A DNA stretch of 64,000 bases from Oligoflexia bacterium (lineage in GTDB: Bacteria; Bdellovibrionota; UBA1018): assembly GCA_963758495.1 (NCBI GenBank), contig CAVWVI010000001.1, positions 64,001-128,000 on the forward strand, written 5' to 3'. Below the pieces are notes generated by a model that made no database searches, was not told the DNA's origin, and worked only from the letters and a program-made list of their open reading frames with translations. Position 1 is the stretch's first letter. Each line of letters begins with the position of its first letter. Shown here piece by piece: positions 11,401 through 19,880 of the stretch. A program made the position numbers and the translations under genes.

Positions 11401-11529
11401 GTCAATAAGAACGAAATTGTAGGAAAAAGCGAAGTTTTGATTTATGAACACTTTTAAAGTTAAAGATTTAAATATTTTGATTGGATTTAACAATCATGTC
11501 CCCTGCACGTTATTAACGGAGAATTTATT

Positions 11530-11946
11530 ATGAAGAAAATTTTAGTTTTAATCGTTACTTTCCTAAGCCTAATTTGTTTTGGCTGCGGCAAAGATAAGAC
11601 CCCCTCTGAACAAAGAGTTTTCGAATTTGATACTTCTCCGACGTCTACTCCTAATGCAACACCTACATCGACTATTTCAGGTCCTTGTGAAATTATTGGA
11701 AATATCCGTTCATTTGAAATCGTCTGCACAAAACCGATCGAAAGTTTCACATTTCATGCGAACAGAGTTGAATTAACTTACAGCGAAACTCTTATCATAA
11801 TGACCCGCCTGAATGGTGTCCGTTACAATACTCACATTAAAAACCTGGGTACAAGTGTCGTTGGTAGCGAAGGTATCGTAGAAAGTCTTGATCTTACTAT
11901 TAACTTTACGGACTCTACATCTACTCCTGTGGCTTTGAGCTTATAA
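11530..11946 (+). CDS. Hypothetical lipoprotein
   Basis: Lipobox-like MKKILVLIVTFLSLICFG-C; Thr/Pro linker; ggag RBS. Confidence 0.65.
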   Translation: MKKILVLIVTFLSLICFGCGKDKTPSEQRVFEFDTSPTSTPNATPTSTISGPCEIIGNIRSFEIVCTKPIESFTFHANRVELTYSETLIIMTRLNGVRYNTHIKNLGTSVVGSEGIVESLDLTINFTDSTSTPVALSL

Positions 11947-12294
11947 TTGTTGATTAAATCTTTGTGTGAGAAGCTTGCAATCCCTTAGGGATAGCCAAAC
12001 AGGCAGAGTTTCCGTTTTTGACTGTGAAGTGACCTCATCTATGCTCTTAAAAAGCTAGGGCTACTAATTCTGCAAGGGGAGAGGCTGGCGGATGTTCTTG
12101 CTCGGAACCACTATTGTTTGGAGTTGTATGAGCAAAAAGAGGATATAATTGATCGAATTACGAGCAAATTCATTCGTAGGGACTAACTCTCTCGACATCT
12201 TGCGCCTTGAAATGGTGTGTCTTTCTGGAAAAATTGCGTGATTTAGTATAAATTCTGGATTTTCTTACCCAGAACTGGCGTTAATATTGTTGCA

Positions 12295-12846
12295 CTAAGT
12301 AGTTTTTTCTTTGGTTTTTTTATAATCACATGACGCATAGATCACATGTCTGTGAGTTCTAGCTGTAAATCTCAATGCGCCTGAAACTTTCTCTTGTTGT
12401 TTTTCGATAAATTTATCATGAAATTCAAAAATTCTCTGGCAATCTAAGCATACGATATGGTCGTGATGACTCGTGTCGGTCAATTCGTAAAGAATCTGGC
12501 CATCTGAATCTGTCGGTCCTTCTTGGATGATTCCACTTTCAATTAAAATGGGAAGTGTTCGATAAAGAGTTGCTTTTCCTACCTCTGGGTACCTATCTTT
12601 TAATCGATCGAGTAGATCCTGTGCTCTAAAGTGCCTTGCTTCATAAATAATAGTTTTTAGAATTTTTTCTCGTGCCTCACTTCGCTTCAAGGATTTTTCA
12701 GCTACAAAAGCGTTTAACTTAACTTTCGCGGAATCAAAAAAAGAGGAAGTGTTCTCTGGCTGGTTCCTGTTTTTGGGGAGAGGGCGACCACAGGGGAGAA
12801 CTTGAGATTTTGAGATTTGAGCGTTCTGAGTAGATTTTGCCATCAT
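12295..12846 (-). CDS. Fur-family metal-responsive transcriptional regulator
   Basis: VGKATLYRTL helix and HHDHIVCLDC metal-binding motif. Confidence 0.9.
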   Translation of the reverse strand: MMAKSTQNAQISKSQVLPCGRPLPKNRNQPENTSSFFDSAKVKLNAFVAEKSLKRSEAREKILKTIIYEARHFRAQDLLDRLKDRYPEVGKATLYRTLPILIESGIIQEGPTDSDGQILYELTDTSHHDHIVCLDCQRIFEFHDKFIEKQQEKVSGALRFTARTHRHVIYASCDYKKTKEKTT

Positions 12847-12934
12847 GGTAAAAAAGGGTATAGCATTTTTTTAGTGCTTTATCGATAGGTACTCATTACA
12901 AATAAATAGTTGAACGTTCTTTGTCAAAAGGCTT

Positions 12935-13207
12935 TTAAGGTTGCTGAGTTGTGGGAAACTTCCCTAGAATCACATTGTCAGAATTAAACGTGGGTTGATC
13001 CAACTTACCCGAATTCTGTAATGCTAAACGCTTTCTCAATTCACCAGAAACTTCCCTGAGAGTTTCAGAAATCGCGATTGCAACCTCAGACGAAACGTTC
13101 ACTACGGTGGATCCAAAACTAATATGAACGACTCCACAACCACAAACTCGAACGTGAAACTGCTCCATGTTGGTCATGACACAGGGCACAGCATGATGAA
13201 AGCTCAT
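12935..13207 (-). CDS. Small hypothetical protein with a CxCG-x2-H putative metal-binding motif
   Basis: MSFHHAVPC…VCGCGVVHISFG; start at 13207 follows a gaggag RBS. Confidence 0.6.
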   Translation of the reverse strand: MSFHHAVPCVMTNMEQFHVRVCGCGVVHISFGSTVVNVSSEVAIAISETLREVSGELRKRLALQNSGKLDQPTFNSDNVILGKFPTTQQP

Positions 13208-13276
13208 AAGTTTTCTCCTCGCAATTTGATCATTCAAACCTCCTTTTGAGAAACAGACTTTACAATCAATATAAAT

Positions 13277-13295
13277 AATGAGACTGGGTCTCAAT
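13277..13295. promoter_or_regulatory. Putative Fur-family operator AATGAGAC-TGG-GTCTCAAT
   Basis: 19-bp inverted repeat with a perfect TGAGAC-N3-GTCTCA core, in the divergent promoter next to a fur-family gene. Confidence 0.65.
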
Positions 13296-13326
13296 ATCGT
13301 ATAAAACGTTTTGGAGGTCAATGTAT

Positions 13327-13953
13327 ATGTCGAGATTGGGAACAAAAAGAAAAGCGTGGAAGGTACAAAGAGCTCTTCTCTGTGAACTGCCCGGACTGGG
13401 AAAACCAGGAGCTTTAGAGCGTCGCCCTTATCCTCCAGGTCAGCATGGTCAAATGAGGCGTAAATTCTCTGAATATGCTTCGAGGCTCAGGGAAAAACAG
13501 AAACTTCTCTTTCACTACGGACTCAGAGAAGAACAACTTCGAAGGTTCGTAAGACAGGCAAAGTCAGGTCGTTCCTCGGACTGGATGTCTACTCTTATTG
13601 GGCTTTTGGAAACACGACTCGATAATGTTATTTTTAGATTGGGTTTTGCCCCAAGTGTTTCAGCTGCACGTCAACTCATCTGTCATGGCAAGGTACTTTT
13701 AAATGGCAAAAGAGTAAATATTTCTTCAGCACAAGTCTATCCTGGAAACGAAATTGCACTTTCCTCTGATGCCTATCAAGGAGTGGTATATCAAGTTTCG
13801 ATTCGTCAGCCACGGCTTCTCTTAGCGGATTGGCTTGAACATATTTCTGAAGGCGAGAATAAAAAGGGACGACTCAAACTGATTCCAGGATCAGAAGCGA
13901 TTCCATTTCCTTTAGAAGGACGTCTGGTAGCTGAATTTTATAGTAGGGTTTAA
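13327..13953 (+). CDS. rpsD: 30S ribosomal protein S4, stand-alone paralog lacking the N-terminal Cys metal motif
   Basis: RPYPPGQHG, SEYASRLREKQK, LLETRLDNVIFRLGFA and ARQLICHG, ending EFYSR; not in the rpsM-rpsK-rpoA operon; ggagg RBS. Confidence 0.9.
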   Translation: MSRLGTKRKAWKVQRALLCELPGLGKPGALERRPYPPGQHGQMRRKFSEYASRLREKQKLLFHYGLREEQLRRFVRQAKSGRSSDWMSTLIGLLETRLDNVIFRLGFAPSVSAARQLICHGKVLLNGKRVNISSAQVYPGNEIALSSDAYQGVVYQVSIRQPRLLLADWLEHISEGENKKGRLKLIPGSEAIPFPLEGRLVAEFYSRV

Positions 13954-14054
13954 TAGCAGAGTCTAATGGGAAAATGAAAATGGTGATCCTAGGTCAATCC
14001 CATGTGTATTCAAAAACGGACCTCAATAAGGTCCATTCAAAAAAGGAATAAAGC

Positions 14055-14684
14055 ATGTATTTAAGACAATTTGCAGTGAGTTCTACATTCTTGTGCATTT
14101 TACCTCTTATGTTGATTTCAAGCTCAATGGCTCAGGCTGAGCCCAAAGATGTGATTAAGAACTTGAGAGGCTGCTTCAAGGTCACTTACCGTTTTGTAGA
14201 AGATGGTGGTCGAGATAGTCGCTTTGATCTCTGGCAAGGACAGGAGTATTTTGAGTGGATTACTCTCAAGGAGGTTGAATCCACTTTTCAGCTCCAGCAC
14301 TACGGAGTTGCTGGTGGGCATGCCATGAAACACTGGCGGGAAGACTGGTCAGAGACTTCTGATCACGCTTGGAATCAGAAAGTATACAATCCCGCGGGGA
14401 CGGAGCTTCGCTATGAATGCACGGCTCCGATTCGTTTCAATCAATGGCGCTGTCATGCAGGTAAAGCTGCAAAGCCTGTCATCCGAGATCGAGATCGCAA
14501 TGACTATGAGACTCTTGATAGAGAGAACACCGTCCAAATGACTTCTAAAGGATGGATCCAAGTTGAGATCAACGACAAGCTAAACAAAGATGGAGTAGCA
14601 GTTTCCAACGAAGTAGGTTGGAATGAGTATTTACGAGTTGATGATTCCAAATGTGAATCTGCAAAAAAACTTGCAGGAAATTAA
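14055..14684 (+). CDS. Secreted DUF6607-like protein
   Basis: Signal peptide; GCFKVTYRFVE, MKHWREDW, RDRNDY and EVGWNEYLR motifs. Confidence 0.6.
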   Translation: MYLRQFAVSSTFLCILPLMLISSSMAQAEPKDVIKNLRGCFKVTYRFVEDGGRDSRFDLWQGQEYFEWITLKEVESTFQLQHYGVAGGHAMKHWREDWSETSDHAWNQKVYNPAGTELRYECTAPIRFNQWRCHAGKAAKPVIRDRDRNDYETLDRENTVQMTSKGWIQVEINDKLNKDGVAVSNEVGWNEYLRVDDSKCESAKKLAGN

Positions 14685-14699
14685 TTCTTAAATCAACGC

Positions 14700-14774
14700 C
14701 AATCCACAGCGGGCTCTCTGGGGAGCCTCTGAGCCGCTCGCACGGGGACTCCCCAGAGAGCCCGCCGTGGATTG
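14700..14774. repeat. GC-rich 26-bp-arm inverted repeat between convergent genes (bidirectional terminator or REP/MITE-like)
   Basis: caatccacagcgggctctctggggag … ctccccagagagcccgccgtggattg, 1 mismatch, 23-nt loop. Confidence 0.8.
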
Positions 14775-14788
14775 ATCGCTAACTAGAT

Positions 14789-15703
14789 TTAGAAGTAAAT
14801 CGTACCTCCGATATTATGGGAATTAGAATTGATAGGTTGAGTCGTTATGGAGAATGCATAGTCTAATGAGAATTTTGGCCCCACCCATCCTAAGCCAATT
14901 CCATAACCATTTCCTCTTTGTGCTTGAAACGGAATGTTCGAATTTCTAAAGCCACCGAGTCGAAATGAGAAATCATCTAAAAATGGAAACTCAGCACCTA
15001 TTTCGTAGCCTAGATTTATTTGTCCCAGATTCGTTTGTATTGAGTCGAGGGTAGGGGTCCAGTTGGGATCAATATAGAGTTGAAATAATGAAAAAATATT
15101 CAATTTTGTACCTAACGTATATTCACGGTAAAAGCCAAAGCTCGAGGCGGATTCAAAAATATTATCTGCCACAAAAGAAATTCGAAACCAATCTGTAATA
15201 ATTCCAGAAAAAGAAAATGTTGCGTCTATTTTTTTTGATTCAAAATCACCTCTGGGAAGAATGAGCTTTGATCCCATTCCAATAGAGATTCTATCAAAAA
15301 ACTGATGAGAGATACCCACATGAACCATCGAACTGTCATCTCGATGTGTATATCCTATACCTGATTGAATGATGGATTCACGATTTCCGTCTTGAGCTGA
15401 AATATTAGTATTATTTCCGGAGTAATCACTACTACTCGCAGGTGCATTTACGTTTCCTTCACTATATGCAAGGTAGTTCAAGCTCAAAGCGTAAGTAGAT
15501 ATGAAAGAAATAAAGGAAGGATTTAAATAAATGGCATCTGTAAATAGGGGACTTGCATGACCGGCTCCACCGAGTCCAACAGTTCGAGGAGATTGAAAAT
15601 CCGATGCGTGCACAGAAATAAAAAAAAGAAGCCCTAGTGTAGCAATTCCTAGTATGATTAGATGATTAATTCCCTTTGATTTTACGATATTATATAAGTA
15701 CAT
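14789..15703 (-). CDS. Outer-membrane beta-barrel protein (FadL/PorV-like)
   Basis: Signal peptide; SPRTVGLGGAG…DAIYLNPS N-terminus; alternating beta strands; C-terminal Phe. Confidence 0.65.
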   Translation of the reverse strand: MYLYNIVKSKGINHLIILGIATLGLLFFISVHASDFQSPRTVGLGGAGHASPLFTDAIYLNPSFISFISTYALSLNYLAYSEGNVNAPASSSDYSGNNTNISAQDGNRESIIQSGIGYTHRDDSSMVHVGISHQFFDRISIGMGSKLILPRGDFESKKIDATFSFSGIITDWFRISFVADNIFESASSFGFYREYTLGTKLNIFSLFQLYIDPNWTPTLDSIQTNLGQINLGYEIGAEFPFLDDFSFRLGGFRNSNIPFQAQRGNGYGIGLGWVGPKFSLDYAFSITTQPINSNSHNIGGTIYF

Positions 15704-15786
15704 TTTTCATATATTCTAAAGGAGGATCTGTTGCCTTGCAATTTAGAAGGGTAACGGTTAAAAGTCTTTATATGGCCTTAAGGAAA

Positions 15787-16038
15787 ATGGCATCTGAAAA
15801 AACCACTTATACAAATAGTAGTTCTCCCAGCGCTCGGGTGGGTTCATTTTTAAGAGACAAGAGAATATCTGCAGGGGTTTCTGAATGGGAAATTCTCCAA
15901 TATATGCCCGACATGACTCTTAATGAAATTCGAGATTACGAATCGGGTCGTAAAGCGATTCCTGTTTCATATGTTTATGCTATGTCAAATCGACTTAATA
16001 TTGCTCCACAAGAAATCCAACAGTTGCTAAAAAAGTAG
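15787..16038 (+). CDS. XRE/Cro-C1-type helix-turn-helix protein
   Basis: VGSFLRDKRISAGVS…IRDYESGRKAIP pattern. Confidence 0.75.
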   Translation: MASEKTTYTNSSSPSARVGSFLRDKRISAGVSEWEILQYMPDMTLNEIRDYESGRKAIPVSYVYAMSNRLNIAPQEIQQLLKK

Positions 16039-16052
16039 TTCTCACCCTTCTG

Positions 16053-16069
16053 TTGGCACTTAAATTGCA
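16053..16069 (+). promoter_or_regulatory. Sigma-54 (-24/-12) promoter upstream of the acyltransferase-HDO operon
   Basis: TTGGCACTTAAATTGCA with exact GG-N10-GC spacing, close to the consensus TGGCACG-N4-TTGCW. Confidence 0.7.
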
Positions 16070-16205
16070 AAAATCCATAAGAAATTCAAATACTCATCAA
16101 GGCAACGTGACGTTATAACGCGTCGGGCAGATTTTTAGGCAGATTTTAGTTAGTTTTTCTTAACTCAGTTATTTCAATTTTTAACCGAATAGATTTTTAA
16201 TTCGA

Positions 16206-16243
16206 AAAGAAAACTCAAGTTATGAAAGAAAACTCAAGTTATG
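16206..16243 (+). repeat. Perfect 19-bp tandem duplication covering the start codon
   Basis: aaagaaaactcaagttatg x2; the second copy supplies ATG 16241. Confidence 0.9.
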
Positions 16244-16921
16244 AAAACTGAACTGAATCAGCTAAAATACCTAGTTTTTCCTGGAGAAAATCCACAGGCT
16301 GAGTGGGAAAAGGCTTATATCGAAACTTATCGGGTATGGAGAAATGTCTGGTCAGCTACATTTCAGGATCTTGATGGAGATGGGACTCTATGTTCTGACG
16401 ATATGTGTCGTCAAACTATTATTGGAAGCATTATGAGGGAAAATCAATGCGTGGGTATTGGTATGCTCCATCGGTTAGATTTTCGTTTCCCTATGGCCCG
16501 TGCTGATTCATGGTTCAAGTCTTGGCCAGATTCAGCTATCGAAAAACTGATTGCCGAAGGATCGAGTGTTATGGTGTTTAGTAACGTCACAGTAGAACCG
16601 GATTATCGCGGTGATTTAGGAAATGGACTCCGACTTCGCAATCTTATTTCATCCATGATGTCCAAGACTTTTCTATCAACCGATGCCGATGTCATGGCGG
16701 GGAACGCGCGATGTGATCGAGGAGTCAACAAGGCATGCTACCTCGCAGGAGCAACTCATATTCAACCTAGCATTCTGCATGGAGTGCAGGTTGATATGCT
16801 CGCATTTTATCGGAGTCACCTTGAAAAAGAACACCGTTTTAGTTTTGCAGATGAATTACTTTGGAAAAACAGAGTTGTTTATAGTCAATCTCAGCAGGAA
16901 CTTTTGCGCAGGGCCGCATAA
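16241..16921 (+). CDS. GNAT-fold acyltransferase, LuxI/N-acyl amino acid synthase-like
   Basis: YRVWRNVW, SDD and the motif-A-like FSNVTVEPDYRG. Confidence 0.55.
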   Translation: MKTELNQLKYLVFPGENPQAEWEKAYIETYRVWRNVWSATFQDLDGDGTLCSDDMCRQTIIGSIMRENQCVGIGMLHRLDFRFPMARADSWFKSWPDSAIEKLIAEGSSVMVFSNVTVEPDYRGDLGNGLRLRNLISSMMSKTFLSTDADVMAGNARCDRGVNKACYLAGATHIQPSILHGVQVDMLAFYRSHLEKEHRFSFADELLWKNRVVYSQSQQELLRRAA

Positions 16922-16932
16922 CTAAGGAGAAA

Positions 16933-17577
16933 ATGATGATCGATCTAATGGCACTCAATCGAGAAGAGCTGAATATAACACGTGAAATTTTTCTTAAATT
17001 TCCGTGGGAAAATCGCCAAGCTTATGCGGAATGGTTGGCTCAAACCTATTACATGGTGAATCATTCTACGCGACTAGTTGCGCTTGCTGGAGCTTACACG
17101 CCATTAGATCAGAATAATCTCCATGCTCGATTTGTAGATCATTCGAAAGAAGAGCGTGGTCATGATCGCATTGCAATCGCAGATATAAAAGCTCTTGGAT
17201 ACTCTATCGATGATTTCCCCTGTCTATATACTTCGGCTTGTATGTATCAGGTTCAGTATTATTGGGTTCAACATCGAGGCGCTGTTTCTTTTTTTGGTTA
17301 CACCTTAGCGCTAGAAAGCATAGCTTCCGAATTTGGGCCAGAAGTTTATCGTAGAGTTTTAGCTGCTCATGGAGAAAAAGCTACGGTATTCATGAAAATT
17401 CATACAGTAGATGACGTGGGTCACATGGAGAAGGCTATTAAGCAATTCGATAATCTTAATGAACAAGAGCGTACCCTAGTTGCTGAGAATTTACATCTTT
17501 CAGCAAGTATTTATCGAGCTATGTTGAACGAAATAAGACGCGTCGCTACCCTAAAAATGGACCCAAAAGCCGCTTAA
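16933..17577 (+). CDS. Heme-oxygenase-like diiron oxidase (iron-containing redox enzyme; TenA/PqqC/CADD superfamily)
   Basis: YAEWLAQTYYMV, EERGH, ALE and HTVDDVGH ligand pattern; aaggag RBS. Confidence 0.8.
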   Translation: MMIDLMALNREELNITREIFLKFPWENRQAYAEWLAQTYYMVNHSTRLVALAGAYTPLDQNNLHARFVDHSKEERGHDRIAIADIKALGYSIDDFPCLYTSACMYQVQYYWVQHRGAVSFFGYTLALESIASEFGPEVYRRVLAAHGEKATVFMKIHTVDDVGHMEKAIKQFDNLNEQERTLVAENLHLSASIYRAMLNEIRRVATLKMDPKAA

Positions 17578-17614
17578 ATGCTGAATAGAGAGATGTAAGC
17601 GCTAAAGGAAGTAC

Positions 17615-18367
17615 TTACAGAGGGATTAAATTCAGATGTCGGCGCGGTAGTTCATATTTTTTTCTATCGCGCTGACTGCTTACGAGTTCACCGGTTTCTA
17701 AGAAAATGGTCGCACTCGGTTTAGAAGTCCCTTCTTGAAACAAGGGAGCGCCCCAATTCATCCCGACCGTGAGGACAAGTCGAGCTGCTGAGAAAGCCTC
17801 TCTTACCGTGTGGTTTGGAATATGCTTCAGTGAAACAGTCTTCTTGGTAACCCCTGAGAAAACATTTTCTACGAATTTAAGAATCATGGGTACAATGGTC
17901 TGATCATCCCTTGGAAATAAATCTGGCCAAGAGCCACAATAGAGCTCTTCGAGAGAGTAGCTACAGTATTGAAAAAAGCTAAAGGTTCTGAAAAGTTGTA
18001 TATTTTCGGATGAATAAACTTCGACCACCGTACAATCTTCCATGTGATTAAAGAGATCCGAAGGAGGACGAAGTCCAAGCTCTCTTAATGCTTGCCAGAT
18101 AAGCGCAGGTGAGTCAGTCATTTTTTTGTGCTGTGCTTTTGTATTTCTACAAATTTTTACGGACGTTTCTAGCGCATTCAATATTTCTCTTTGTTTCAAT
18201 TCCGTCTGTGTATTGAATAAGGGTAATGATGCTTCGTGAAAAGGAACTAGACCTACCCCTGCTTCACTCGCGTAACCGCGATATTCACAAGATAGTTCTC
18301 GAAATTTACTTGATCGTTTTAAGGCATTAGCCTTAAAAATTGAATTAATAAAAACGGATGAATTCAT
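17615..18367 (-). CDS. Stand-alone PAS-like sensor protein
   Basis: VVEVYSSENIQLFRTFSFFQYCSYSLEELYCGSWPDLF follows the PAS N-terminal consensus. Confidence 0.55.
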   Translation of the reverse strand: MNSSVFINSIFKANALKRSSKFRELSCEYRGYASEAGVGLVPFHEASLPLFNTQTELKQREILNALETSVKICRNTKAQHKKMTDSPALIWQALRELGLRPPSDLFNHMEDCTVVEVYSSENIQLFRTFSFFQYCSYSLEELYCGSWPDLFPRDDQTIVPMILKFVENVFSGVTKKTVSLKHIPNHTVREAFSAARLVLTVGMNWGAPLFQEGTSKPSATIFLETGELVSSQRDRKKYELPRRHLNLIPL

Positions 18368-18491
18368 TTTTATTTAAATAACATTCTATAATTATTTAGT
18401 CAATGATGCATAAGTCATTAATTTATTATTTAATTATTGTAATAAATTGTTTTAGTTTCAAATTAAGCTTTTTATTTAAATGATTATGTCT

Positions 18492-19880
18492 TTATTTGAA
18501 TTTGAACTTATTAGACCACCTTTGATCACGAGCCTTCTTGATAATTTTTTGAATCAAAGGAATGGTCGGTTTCATGGAAAAAATGGAAAGCTCAAGTAGA
18601 TCTGCTCCGCTGGGAGCGCGCACAAAGGGATTGGCGCCTTTTTCTAAAAGATATTGGACGACATCCAAATGTCCTCTTATAACTGCTTGGGTAAGTGGAG
18701 TCAGGCCATCTTTATTTAAGGAGTTGATGGCAGCTCCATTTTCTACAAGGAGTTGCACGATCTCTAAATTCCCGTAGTCAGCCGCTAATGCCAGTGCTGG
18801 CCATCCGTTTATGCTAGCTCCAGCTCGCAGTGCCTTTCTTACTGTTTCTGTACTTCCATATTCGATGGCCTTGCGAAGAGGAAAATTATCGGATTTTAGC
18901 TCAGACCAATTCGCGAGAATTTGAGAAATAGTTTCATCTTCTTTATTTTCCACTGCTCTATCGAGTAAGCCATGCTGCAAATACACTAGCTGTTCCTTTA
19001 ATGAAGCCAGGGTTAGGCTTCTTTCTAGTGGATTTTCACCTAATTCTGGAACCGAATACTCTAGTGCAATGAGGGCGGTGGAAAGTTTCTTCAGATCGAG
19101 TGGAATCATTGACTCCAGAGGACGAAGAGCACATCTGGAATAGAGTGCTTCCACTTCAAGGACCTTTTCATTGAGACGATGCTCAATCTGACTGCATCGA
19201 TAGTAATTCACATAAATATTGCAGTGTGGAGGTATCCCTTTGGCCTTGCGACACGAAGGATCTGAATCCACGTCATAGATTTGTAGTACTTTTTCAAAGG
19301 GCTGGATCAGGCAGGGTTTGTCTCGATTTAACCCATTTTTTGAACACGAGGTTTCGCCAATATAGACGAATCCATGAACATGCTCGAATGAATTTGCTGA
19401 GAGCTTTTTTTTGATGGCGACAATGTCTCCAGGTTCAGGTTCCTCATTCAATTTACGTTCGACACAAAAATTTGAAAGATAATAACCCCATTCGTCGGGA
19501 ATAGTATGTCTTGGAACTTTCAGGAGGCCTTGATCCAGTAACGCGGCGTTATAGCAATTTGGGCCATTGCAGCCCGAGACCTGTCCGTAATAGCTTTGAA
19601 TTGCTTTAGGGATAATGGGCGTGATATCTACCCGAGTAGGTGAAGGGTTTTTGGAACAATCCACTTCTAAGGATTCAGGAAATTCTCCTCGCGATAATGC
19701 CCACCTCTTAATGGCGTTAACTTCTTTTTCCAGCATTTGGCAATTCGGAGCTGTGAGGTAAATGGGGCCTTCTGGGTCGTGAAGAACCCTGATTCCATCG
19801 GAAAGCCCAAGTTGGGAGTTCAACAAAATAATCCCGGTAATCCAGGGTTTTATTCTCATCACTTCAACTATTCGGATCAA
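18492..19880 (-). CDS. Secreted protein with a papain/NlpC-P60-like Cys-His domain and C-terminal ankyrin repeats
   Basis: GPNCYNAA…EPGDIVAI…HVHGFVYIG; ankyrins ALALAADYGNLEIVQLLVENGA and GLTPLTQAVIRGHLDVVQYLLEKGA. Confidence 0.7.
   Translation of the reverse strand: MIRIVEVMRIKPWITGIILLNSQLGLSDGIRVLHDPEGPIYLTAPNCQMLEKEVNAIKRWALSRGEFPESLEVDCSKNPSPTRVDITPIIPKAIQSYYGQVSGCNGPNCYNAALLDQGLLKVPRHTIPDEWGYYLSNFCVERKLNEEPEPGDIVAIKKKLSANSFEHVHGFVYIGETSCSKNGLNRDKPCLIQPFEKVLQIYDVDSDPSCRKAKGIPPHCNIYVNYYRCSQIEHRLNEKVLEVEALYSRCALRPLESMIPLDLKKLSTALIALEYSVPELGENPLERSLTLASLKEQLVYLQHGLLDRAVENKEDETISQILANWSELKSDNFPLRKAIEYGSTETVRKALRAGASINGWPALALAADYGNLEIVQLLVENGAAINSLNKDGLTPLTQAVIRGHLDVVQYLLEKGANPFVRAPSGADLLELSIFSMKPTIPLIQKIIKKARDQRWSNKFKFK

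Noticed and set aside
11950..12290. Possible gene remnant (…RLADVLARNHYCLELYEQKEDIIDRITSKFIRRD*)
   Set aside because: Too short and not assignable to any family
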